The position numbers were made by a program, and so were the translations under genes. DNA of 64,000 bases from a virus. A model generated the notes under the pieces. That model saw nothing but the letters and a program-made list of their open reading frames with translations. It was not told the DNA's origin and made no database searches. The DNA is taken from positions 32,001 through 96,000 of the IMG/VR virus record IMGVR_UViG_3300020122_000089. One strand, 5' to 3'. Shown here one piece after another: positions 30,673 to 38,639 of this stretch (positions within the stretch are counted from its first letter, which is position 1; each line of letters opens with the position of its first letter).

Positions 30673-31533
30673 TTATTCTTCCGGAAGAAACATATCCAAC
30701 AACGAGTGTTTGGGTTTTATCAGCGACACTGGATGAATAGCGATAGGTGGTATATCCATCTGCTCAATATCACAATCTGAATGGTTGCCATTACCGGAGG
30801 ATAAATCAAGCACTTCTTGATTCATTCTATTGGCGGCGATTTCACAATAGCGCTCTTCGATTTCGATGCCAATGGCATGGAATCCCAAATTCTTAGCAGC
30901 TCGAAGAGTAGTACCGGATCCAAGGAACGGATCAAGGACAATACCGTCAGGCGGCATGGAAAGTGATAGCAGATGGGTAAATAAAGATAAAGGCTTTTGA
31001 GTTGGGTGGTCTAACTTGCCGGGCTGGCCATGGCGGTAACTATCAGCCTTAAAATAATTTGGGCACGTCCCGGGACGTAAATTATTCCAGGATTTACCGG
31101 TTTTATACGCAAACACGCAAAGCTCCACACCAGAATCAAATCCAGCATGCGGTGCTGCTGGGACTGGTACGGCCTTAACCAGGACAAATGGCCTGGTCTT
31201 CCAACCTTCCCCTTCTAGCGTTGAGACAATGTCACCGAATTGTCGATGTCCGCACCAAGCGTAAATTGTATTGCTACATAAACGTGAGGCTAGTAAGATC
31301 GACCCAACTGCGCGGGCGGTACTGGCGCCCCAGTCGCTATCGTCGTTGAAAAAATCAAGTGAACGTTTCCCTTTACCCGGTTGGCGCACATGGGTGGCGC
31401 TGTTACCTAGACTAATCGAGTAAGGCGGGTCGGTTAATACTAGATCGACGGGTTCTAGCCGTGGGAGGATTTCCCTACAATCGCCGTGGTAGATTGTAAT
31501 TCCACCATGTTCATAGTAGGGCGTCAACGGCAT
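30673..31533 (-). CDS. DNA N6-adenine/N4-cytosine methyltransferase (beta class)
   Basis: LTDPPY, HPTQKP, LDPFLGSGTT, GIEIEERYC; leaderless promoter TTGCAA-17-TATACT (31541-31569). Confidence 0.92.
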   Translation of the reverse strand: MPLTPYYEHGGITIYHGDCREILPRLEPVDLVLTDPPYSISLGNSATHVRQPGKGKRSLDFFNDDSDWGASTARAVGSILLASRLCSNTIYAWCGHRQFGDIVSTLEGEGWKTRPFVLVKAVPVPAAPHAGFDSGVELCVFAYKTGKSWNNLRPGTCPNYFKADSYRHGQPGKLDHPTQKPLSLFTHLLSLSMPPDGIVLDPFLGSGTTLRAAKNLGFHAIGIEIEERYCEIAANRMNQEVLDLSSGNGNHSDCDIEQMDIPPIAIHPVSLIKPKHSLLDMFLPEE

Positions 31534-31643
31534 GATAAGAAGTATAACACAAATCAAAAACATTTGCAAGTGTTATTTTTGCGGCCGACCGCCCCTTCCT
31601 CCGTTTCTTCCGGAAGAAGGGGCAAATCGGGTTAGTTCGGTGA

Positions 31644-31919
31644 TTAGTATCGCCCTTCAAGTCGGATGCGATACAGTGTAGCGGTGCGGACGCCCGGACT
31701 AAGTTGCAGAATCAGCTTGTTACCACTGATCTGATACGTAGTAGGCGCCGATCCGTTATATGACTCAACATCGAAGTCATCGATCTTCGTGATATAACGG
31801 GCCGTTATAGTGCCTGGACCGGAGTCGGTCGCAAGCGCTGTTGCGGTCCACCGCTCTATCTTCTTGGTGCCCGCGTAATCGGGAGCCAAGGTGTCGACCA
31901 ATGTCGGTGTAAACGCCAT
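31644..31919 (-). CDS. Small structural protein (possible capsid decoration)
   Basis: 91 aa, AAGGAGG RBS, immediately downstream of the capsid stop. Confidence 0.5.
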   Translation of the reverse strand: MAFTPTLVDTLAPDYAGTKKIERWTATALATDSGPGTITARYITKIDDFDVESYNGSAPTTYQISGNKLILQLSPGVRTATLYRIRLEGRY

Positions 31920-31946
31920 GATATGGCTCCTCCTTCTTTTTCCAGA

Positions 31947-34900
31947 TTACGCGAATGCTACGGCCGGTCCTGGCAGGTTTGTAATGTCGGAATTACTAAT
32001 GAGCCAGTGGCAGCCGAAGCGGGTAGCCCCGCCTTGTGTTAGCTTATGGTTCGATTTTCCATAAGAGCAGACTATCGCATCGCCTATTTTAGGCGCCTCT
32101 TCGTTTAGTCGTTCACGCTGATTATCTTGCGCCCTGTTTGGGTTCTCACCATTCAAGTCTATTAGAAGAGGTTTTCGCATATCATTATCTCTAACAATAT
32201 GGCCCCATCGGTGGAGGTCGTACTTACAGCCAAGGAACCCTATCCACTGATCGTAATAAGTCCCCCCGCTGGTGTACTGCCTGACCTGAAGCGTATCACG
32301 CGCATACGCCCCGAACTTCATTCATCTGTAATCTCCGGTTTTCACCGGAGTGTCGGACTATATTATCGGCTGTAAACATTACAGTCGCCGGGCGCTCTAG
32401 CTGGTAAATTAAAGGGACTAAACCCTTCCAGTAGTCTCTACACCTTCCGAGGGTGTACCCTCGACTTGGCTCGGTATTACCATACTATTTATTTCGTTTA
32501 GGCTTCACCGAATTCACCCGGTTAATTTCCCCTAGCATCACTGCTAGGTGAGCCAATTGTTAGTTTAGCTCGTACACATTGATTTCCGCCGGATTCACAC
32601 CGTACGTCCTGTCCGGGTCAATCGCGACATGGGTTTCCCAGGTAATGCCTTCTCCAAATTTCACGTCAGTGAACGTTTTGTTACTTCCCTTTCGGGAGGG
32701 TATATCATTTCTGTATACCTCTGTATGTTTCCATACAGCCCAGACTATCTCATATTCTCACTTGACAATGGCGCCTGTTTCATGTTATAATGTTTGGCAT
32801 TATGCCACAAAAATTCGGACGCTTAACTGTTCTGGGTAGGTCTTACAACAATCCATCTAAATTTCAATTCGCCAGATGGACCTGTTTATGCGATTGCGGA
32901 AACATCGTAGAGCCACTTGCAATTCATGTGCGATCTGGAAACACCCAATCCTGCGGATGCTTGCAGCGCGAAGCTGCGAGCAGACAGGGTAAGGCGAATG
33001 CTACGCATGGACTGTCGGGTACGCCTGAGGCCTACATCTACTATGCAATGCTTCAAAGGTGTTTTAACCCGGAGCATCCTAGCTATCAAAACTATGGCGG
33101 CCGTGGTATTACGGTATGTGAAAGATGGATTGGTGCTGAAGGATTGGCCAACTTTCTCGCCGATCTCGGGCCGCGCCCTAGTTCTGATTTGACACTCGAA
33201 CGCAAGAATAACGATGGAAACTACGATCCCGATAATTGTAAATGGGATACACGCGATAATCAGAATCGCAATTATCGTCGCAACCGATTTCTTACCTTTA
33301 ATGAAAAGACGCAGTGTATCGCCGATTGGGCCAGCGAAACAGGTCTCTCTCATGATACAATTAGCTATCGGTTGGCTCATGGATGGTCCGTCGAAAAGAC
33401 TCTAACTACACCTACCAAAAACAGTCTCAAGTAAGAACCGGGGCGTTATTAGGCTCTTATTGGATTGACTCCTCAAGCCTTAGTCGTTGCACCTGCCCGC
33501 CTACTTTTACGTCATTCGGCGAGATTGGCTCAGGATTTCCATGTCTCAAATTAACGAGATTTAGGATTCCCTGAATTAACCCCGTTTGCTTACAGATGTT
33601 ACCACCTGTAGGGACTTCTTTACAGAAATCCATTCTTAGCGATCCACCGCCCCCGTCAAAACGTTGCAAATTATATCCGTTCGTTGCTGTTATCCGGCCT
33701 ACGCCGAAACTGGTCATTTCTGCCAGTTTCTTGCGGTTATTTTTCCCGCAAGACCAGAACATTGCATCATCCTTATAGGATGTCGCCTCATTTGTTCGTT
33801 CACGCTGATTTCTTCCGGAAGAAACCTTGCGCCTCGTTGGCATTTCAGCCTCCGGGTCGATTACAGGCGATTTGCATCCCCGTATCACTACAGGACGGTC
33901 CAGGATTCCAGACATGTAGGCAGCTTTTTGGGTCGGGGAGGAAAGGATCAAAGTGTTACCTGGGTTGTCGGTCCGATACCTGAGGCTAAAGTGCACCTCT
34001 ACGAGCAATGCTACCTGCAATCTCTGTTGAGATGCATTTAGAACAATGCTCTTTAGGTATGGACGGTTGGATCTGAGTTGACCTTGGATTTCCCCCTTAT
34101 GTGTTAGCTTACGATTTTTCTTTTCGTAAGAACAGACTATCGCATCATCCTGACGTGCATACAGGACGCCTTCTCGTTTAGTCGTTCACGGTAGATTCTT
34201 CCGGAAGAATTATCCTTCCGCCCTATCAGCATTGCAGCTTTTAAGTCGATCAGAGAAGGTTTTCTATTCATCGTCACCGATGAATGCACCCGAGATTGAG
34301 TGTCATTGTTTACAAGATCGGTCACAATCTGTTACCTCTTCCTTGTGGAAGCGGGCGAGTCGTTTCCGCTCACCTCTGCATGTTACCATGCAGTTCAGAC
34401 TATATCTTTCTGAGTTTTCTTGATAAGCATTCTTAGCGCCTCCGTATCCGGAAAACCCTTCTTGATTAGGTAATGAATCGCCGCCGCTTTTACGTTCAAT
34501 GTTTCAGCCCAAGCGGTGATACATTGCGTAACGTCATCGAGTGTTATCATGTGATTACGCCGCGTATTACGCATCTGCTCTTTCTTGGTTGCCCACTTCA
34601 CATTCCCTGGTTCGTAATTGCCGTTGTTGTCAATGCGCTCAAGAGAATGTTCTGGTGATGGCCTTTCACCTACATCGGCGATCCAGTTTTCAAAGCCGTG
34701 CTCGCCAATCCACCTATCGGCAACCTTTATGCCACGTCCACCGTAATTTGGATAAGAAATCCCCGATTTTCTACGGCAGCGTGTAAGCATGGCGCAGTAC
34801 AATTCATACTCCACCGTATGCGAACGTCCATGCGTTCGGTTACCTGCCGCGGCGGCTTCCCGCTGTTTCTGTCCTTTATTGCGCTCTATTAATTCCTCTG

Positions 34901-37652
34901 TGCGTAAACAGCCGCAAGATTTAGTGACGCGATCATAGAGGCGCCTGGGCCGTGCAAGGATTTCGTTACCGCAATCACACTTACAAACATATCGAGTACG
35001 TACGTACCGTCCGATGGCAACCTGAACCCTCCGTATGACTGTCAGGCGGCCTACCCTGGGCGGAATTGGAAGCGCTGGATACATGCTTACTCAAACCTCA
35101 GACCGGGCATTGGCACGGGGTTATTAGTTTAGCCTCTTCACCCGTTAGTCGTTGAACGTTCCTGCCTACTGCTAAGCTATTCGGCAGGCTTCGCTGCTGA
35201 TTGTCCTTTGAAAGGAGTTCCCAGCAATTAACCCGGTTTATCCTGGGCTGTTGATTCAACCCATGTGGAGCCTTTAGCGCCGACCCCTCATAAGTGAGGT
35301 AATCATTCGCCGTAGTCCCCGTTGGCACTGTGTCGCACGTGATGACGCTCGTTGAGCGGTTGTTACCACCTGGGTCAACAACCACTCCGGTTGTAGGAGC
35401 GCCACGCGCTACGTTTGTAGTACCGTTTACGAAGTGAATACGTGCTCCGTCTTTTACTTTGAAGGAGCCGAACGTGCCGCCGTCTGCTACGGTTACGGCG
35501 CAGGTTACTGTACCGTTAGCACCTGTAGTAGCACTCTTGACTACCGCTATTGCACCGTTCTTAGAACCTGCAATTTGGAAGTCCAAAGTCTTCTTGGAGG
35601 CTTCGGTTTGGAGGAGGTAGAGGTCGCTGATTTTGTCAATCAGTGCATCGCCTCCGATGTTGTCGAACACGTCCCCCGAAATAAGGAACGCGGTTGCGTA
35701 TCTTGCTGGAAAAATCCGCATGTCATTACGGTCCTCCAACGGTTCAATTTCCGTTGGCCCGGGCCATCGCATCGTCTTGAACAGACGCCTCTCCGTTTGG
35801 TCTCTCACGCTACTAGATTCTTCCGGAAGAATTAGTTTGCGCCCCGTTCCCGTTTCAGGGTCCGAGTCTATTAGGGGTGGTTTACATAATCCACGTCGCC
35901 GTAGATTGAGTCCAATGTTTGAACTGCGGATTATCGGCAACTGGCATTGCTCCGCCTTCAGTGAAGTCGGTCTTGTTACTAGCTCTTTTTGTAAAGAGCC
36001 GGACGGGTCATTTCTGCCCATCTCTGCATTTTTCAATGCAGCCCGGACTATATCATAAACTTTACCTTGATTTTCCTCAAGAAATGTGCTATAATGACGC
36101 ACATGTATAAAGCGAAAAGCCTTGTCGGCCAAAGATTCGGACGTCTCATCGTTGTTGCGTTCTCGCATAGAAACGACAAGAAGAGGTCGAACCATTGGCT
36201 CTGTCAATGTGATTGTGGTGGGACGGCTACGCCATCCTCTTACGCCTTGAATTCTGGTCATACCCAATCCTGCGGATGTTATCACGCAGATTGCGCACGT
36301 GCTCAAGGTCATAAAAGTCGCAAACATGGAATGTCTAGGACGGCTGAATACTACGCTTGGAATTCCATGAAGGGTCGCGTTCTTTTTTCTCATCATCCTG
36401 GATATCCGGATTATGGCGGTCGAGGTATCACTATCTGCGACCGCTGGCTTGATCCGGAGCATGGGTTTGAGAATTTTTTGGAGGATATGGGGCCACGGCC
36501 TCATGATCAACTCTCTGTAGAACGCATGAATAACCACGGTAATTACGAGCCAGGAAATTGCAAGTGGGGAACGGATACTGAACAGGCTCGAAATAAGCGC
36601 AGTAATCATCCTCTGACTTTTAACAACAAAACCCAGCCTATGTCCGCCTGGGCGGAGGAAACTGGATTGCCATATCACATTATCAGCCATCGTATTCGTG
36701 CTGGCTGGAGTGTCGAACGGGCGCTGACTGAACCTATCAATCAATCGTATTCCCGTCGAAAAAGGTAAAGCCCTGGGGCGCTGTTTGGCGTTACTAAGAT
36801 TAGCTCTTTCGGCCATAGTCTCTGGACCTTCCTACCTACTTTTATGCTATTCGGTAGGCTTGGCTGCTGATTACCATATCTCGCGGTTGAGATTTAGGCT
36901 TCCAGCAATTCACCCCATTCATGTTAGATGTCACCATCTAACAGCCCATTGTGCATAGGAGTCGGATGCCGGCGGGCGGTCGTAGAAAGGAATTCTGTAA
37001 CCCCGTTGATTGACCTGTATGGCCTTCCCTTTATGGAAGCGGTTGTACAATTTTTGTTGCGTTCCTTAGAACGGATGGATATTTTCATTCCACCTCTTAC
37101 GGTTCAGATTTCCGCAAGATCGGACTGTTGCATAACCTAACAAATCAGGCCCCTCTTCGCTCAGTCTCTCACGGTAAAGATTTTTCTCTTTTTCCGCCTC
37201 GTTACCATGTTGCAGGTTTCGAGTCAATAAGAAGAGGTTTTCATCTATCGTTTTCACGGTAAATGCCCCGTATTTTGATGCCCAGGGTTTGGCTCTCTTC
37301 GAACTGTTTTTCAATCTCGGGATTGACAGCAGTCCTCACTACGGCTTCAAATTGGCTAAAAACAAGCTCCCGGTTTCTGGCGATTTTTCTTTTTCGCCAG
37401 CCCAGACTGTCGCATCACCCTTTTGGGCGCCTTCTCGCTCAGTCGTTTACGCCGCTCGGATTCATACCGCTCGTATAACGTTGGTCTCGTTAATTCGGAT
37501 TCAACAATCCGTCCTAACTGTTTCCAAAGTTTATCTGCCAATACTTCATCCTGCTTGCGCATTGTTCCCGTTTCAGGATTCAACTCAATCAGAGAAGGTT
37601 GTTTTCCAAAGGAGGCTGTATCGCTACAGGGCTGGCCGAGCTTTTCAGCCAT
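31947..37652 (-). CDS. Major capsid protein, 11 exons: 37652-37647, 37369-37284, 37048-36957, 35967-35922, 35728-35259, 34324-34299, 34095-33910, 33681-33628, 32673-32567, 32322-32215, 32031-31947 (421 aa)
   Basis: Exons total 1266 nt and read without a stop: MAELVFSQFEAVVRTAVNPEIEKQFEESQTLYNRF..GYRIPFYDRPPASDSYFTEGGAMP..KAPHGLTDLVNNDTGEIQG..SPTQKAAYMSNGYNLQRF..GFLGCKYDLGATRFGCHWLISN..AFA*. Lies downstream of scaffold and portal; RIP..EG and GL..LV motifs are HK97-fold-like. Confidence 0.85.
32032..32214 (-). mobile_element. Group I intron 10 (183 nt)
   Basis: P1 CCU/GGG; P3 CCUCUUC/GAAGAGG; AACGACUA / GAUAGUC; ends CACAAGG. Confidence 0.87.
32323..32566 (-). mobile_element. Group I intron 9 (IA-like, 244 nt, no ORF)
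   Basis: P1 GAGCU|AA..UUGGCUC; P3 CCGGGUG/CGCCCGG; AGAGACUA / AUAUAGUCC; ends CAGAUG. Confidence 0.9.
32674..33627 (-). mobile_element. Group I intron 8 (IA-like, 954 nt) with antisense HNH ORF in P8
   Basis: P1 GGAU|UUCU..AGAAGUCC; AAUUCAGGGAA..AAUCCUGAG; CAACGACUA / GAUAGUCU; ends AACAAAACG. Confidence 0.9.
32802..33434 (+). CDS. Intron-encoded HNH-type homing endonuclease (antisense to intron 8)
   Basis: CLCDCG..SCGC..YGGRGI..LERKNNDGNYDPDNCKW..QNRN; promoter TTGACA-18-TATAAT (32762-32791). Confidence 0.85.
   Translation: MPQKFGRLTVLGRSYNNPSKFQFARWTCLCDCGNIVEPLAIHVRSGNTQSCGCLQREAASRQGKANATHGLSGTPEAYIYYAMLQRCFNPEHPSYQNYGGRGITVCERWIGAEGLANFLADLGPRPSSDLTLERKNNDGNYDPDNCKWDTRDNQNRNYRRNRFLTFNEKTQCIADWASETGLSHDTISYRLAHGWSVEKTLTTPTKNSLK
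33682..33909 (-). mobile_element. Group I intron 7 (228 nt)
   Basis: P1 GUCU/GGAC; P3 UCGCCU/AGGCGA; compensated P7 GAACA/UGUUC; ends AGCAACG. Confidence 0.85.
34096..34298 (-). mobile_element. Group I intron 6 (203 nt)
   Basis: P1 CACU/GGUG; P3 CCUUCUC/GAGAAGG; AACGACUA / GAUAGUC; ends CAUAAG. Confidence 0.87.
34325..35258 (-). mobile_element. Group I intron 5 (IA-like, 934 nt) with sense HNH ORF in P8
   Basis: P1 UGGGU|UG..CAGCCCA; AAUUGCUGGGAA..AAUCAGCAG; CAACGACUA / AUAUAGUCU; ends AACAGAUUG. Confidence 0.9.
34395..35084 (-). CDS. Intron-encoded HNH-type homing endonuclease (sense, intron 5)
   Basis: CKCDCG..SCGC..YGGRGI..SLERIDNNGNYEPGNVKW..QMRN; the C-terminal codons overlap the P7 3' strand. 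Confidence 0.85.
   Translation of the reverse strand: MYPALPIPPRVGRLTVIRRVQVAIGRYVRTRYVCKCDCGNEILARPRRLYDRVTKSCGCLRTEELIERNKGQKQREAAAAGNRTHGRSHTVEYELYCAMLTRCRRKSGISYPNYGGRGIKVADRWIGEHGFENWIADVGERPSPEHSLERIDNNGNYEPGNVKWATKKEQMRNTRRNHMITLDDVTQCITAWAETLNVKAAAIHYLIKKGFPDTEALRMLIKKTQKDIV
35729..35921 (-). mobile_element. Group I intron 4 (193 nt, imperfect P3/P7)
   Basis: P1 AGUU|CAA..UUGGACU; P10 CAUUG/UAAUG; P7 GACCA/UGGCC with one mismatch; ends GACCG. Confidence 0.8.
35968..36956 (-). mobile_element. Group I intron 3 (IA-like, 989 nt) with antisense HNH ORF in P8
   Basis: AAUUGCUGGAA..AAUCAGCAG, CAGAGACUA / AUAUAGUCC, P3 GGGGUG/CGCCCC, extra helix between P7 and P3, ends AAGACCG. Confidence 0.9.
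36103..36768 (+). CDS. Intron-encoded HNH-type homing endonuclease (antisense to intron 3)
   Basis: CQCDCG..SCGC..HG..YGGRGI..DMGPRP..SVER..GNYEPGNCKW..QARN; promoter TTGATT-17-TATAAT (36067-36095), ATG 7 nt later. Confidence 0.85.
   Translation: MYKAKSLVGQRFGRLIVVAFSHRNDKKRSNHWLCQCDCGGTATPSSYALNSGHTQSCGCYHADCARAQGHKSRKHGMSRTAEYYAWNSMKGRVLFSHHPGYPDYGGRGITICDRWLDPEHGFENFLEDMGPRPHDQLSVERMNNHGNYEPGNCKWGTDTEQARNKRSNHPLTFNNKTQPMSAWAEETGLPYHIISHRIRAGWSVERALTEPINQSYSRRKR
37049..37283 (-). mobile_element. Group I intron 2 (235 nt; boundaries ambiguous by 1 nt)
   Basis: P1 CCCU/GGGG; P3 CCUCUUC/GAAGAGG; P7 GAGACUG/CAGUCC; end GCAACAAAAAUU(G). Confidence 0.82.
37370..37646 (-). mobile_element. Group I intron 1 (277 nt, no ORF), after codon 2
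   Basis: P1 UGGCU|GA..UCGGCCA with U-G; P10 AAGCUC/GAGCUU; P3 CCUUCUC/GAGAAGG; P7 GACUG/CAGUC; ends in G. Confidence 0.88.
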
Positions 37653-37787
37653 ACCGTAATCCCCCTTTCTTTCCTAATCCTTGCCTACGCTTTTCTTCCG
37701 GAAGAACCGGAATACTCGGCGCGTTACTCATGCTCTTGATTACGGTGACGATTCCGTGGTACGTCAAACATTTCTTTTTGTTTCCGC

Positions 37788-37876
37788 TTCAATCCATTTG
37801 GCCGGAGGCGAGTCGGCGGTACGCCTTTTTTGGATTGAAACTGAGGGGTGCGGATGGCGAATCCGCGAGTACGCCT
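37788..37876 (-). promoter_or_regulatory. Tandem H-type pseudoknot motif in the capsid gene leader
   Basis: AGGCGUACUCGCGGAUUCGCCAUCCGC and AGGCGUACCGCCGACUCGCCUCCGGC; the second is enclosed by UUCAAUCCA/UGGAUUGAA. Confidence 0.5.
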
Positions 37877-37912
37877 ATTAGTGATCTTTATAGGATCATG
37901 GAATAAGGCGAT

Positions 37913-38152
37913 TTAATATCGTTGTAGAATTTCAGTATCGCGCCATATTGGTTTTACCAAGAAGAATGCCGCCCTTAAATTCTTTCTCCTTTTAATGACG
38001 TAGGGGGTGGTATGTGTCAATAGCCGCCAAATCGCTCTAATATGACGTATAACCGGAAGCCTCTTCCATGGTGGCTGTCTGTATAGACGTCCTGCGGCAA
38101 AAAGCGAATCTAGGTATGCCTGTCCTTTTGGCGTAAGAGATATTTTCTCCAT
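37913..38152 (-). CDS. Small hypothetical protein
   Basis: 79 aa ORF. Confidence 0.5.
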   Translation of the reverse strand: MEKISLTPKGQAYLDSLFAAGRLYRQPPWKRLPVIRHIRAIWRLLTHTTPYVIKRRKNLRAAFFLVKPIWRDTEILQRY

Positions 38153-38158
38153 GGCGAT

Positions 38159-38359
38159 TTAATAAAACCCGCATCTTGCACCGCGGTCACGGTCCTTCCC
38201 ACTAATAAGATCCTCAACGGTAGATTGTCGCTGAATCGTCACGTTGACGTTCACATTGTTGCGGGCGATGTCTGTAATTGCCTGAGCAAGTATTTTGGCA
38301 TCGCGATCACTATTCCACTCCTGACTAATAATCGTAATTGTTTTTGTAGGTGTCTCCAT
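38159..38359 (-). CDS. Small hypothetical protein
   Basis: 66 aa ORF preceded by a palindrome copy. Confidence 0.5.
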   Translation of the reverse strand: METPTKTITIISQEWNSDRDAKILAQAITDIARNNVNVNVTIQRQSTVEDLISGKDRDRGARCGFY

Positions 38360-38389
38360 ATTGAACGCCTATTCTTCCGGAAGATTTAA

Positions 38390-38628
38390 TTCCTTGAATC
38401 CGCACCGGCCAGAACGTATACGTTTTACTAGCGATCACTCGACCTATCGTCCATTTTCAAACCCGGCGATCAGCCCGAGCGCGATAGGCATCACGTCCCG
38501 TTTATACCTTGTCGGCCGCCGGAAATTCAAAAGGAAGGCTAACTATCCCGTCTTCGGGCTGCCGGTACAGCGTGACGGGCTCTCCTTCTGAATAGCCATA
38601 ACACTCACGGCGGTGCGGATTCAAGGAA
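38390..38628 (-). ncRNA. Candidate structured ncRNA closed by a perfect 18-bp stem
   Basis: TTCCTTGAATCCGCACCG (38390-38407) and its reverse complement (38611-38628); internal helices AUUCAGAAGGA/UCCUUUUGAAU and CCUAUCG/CGAUAGG. Confidence 0.55.
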
Positions 38629-38639
38629 CAGTGACGTTA

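Noticed and set aside
31586-31630. Rho-independent terminator after the capsid operon
   Set aside because: A strong hairpin containing the palindrome is present but no U-tract follows on either strand.
31947-34325. ORFs 31947-32321, 33457-34020 and 34137-34325 as separate genes
   Set aside because: They are capsid exons reading into or through intron sequence.
35098-36816. 572-aa ORF as a real protein
   Set aside because: It chains intron 3 RNA, the antisense of an HNH gene, out-of-frame exon 4, intron 4, exon 5 and the start of intron 5.
37066-37652. ORFs 37356-37652 and 37066-37314
   Set aside because: They coincide with the cores of introns 1 and 2.
31947-37652. Inteins or group II introns as the interrupting elements
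   Set aside because: The inserts break the reading frame, lack GUGCG/domain V features and RT ORFs, and show group I P1/P3/P7 elements.
37801-37876. Fluoride riboswitch
   Set aside because: GGCG/CGCC pseudoknot layout is similar but the GAUG core is replaced by GUAC, and no fluoride gene is adjacent.
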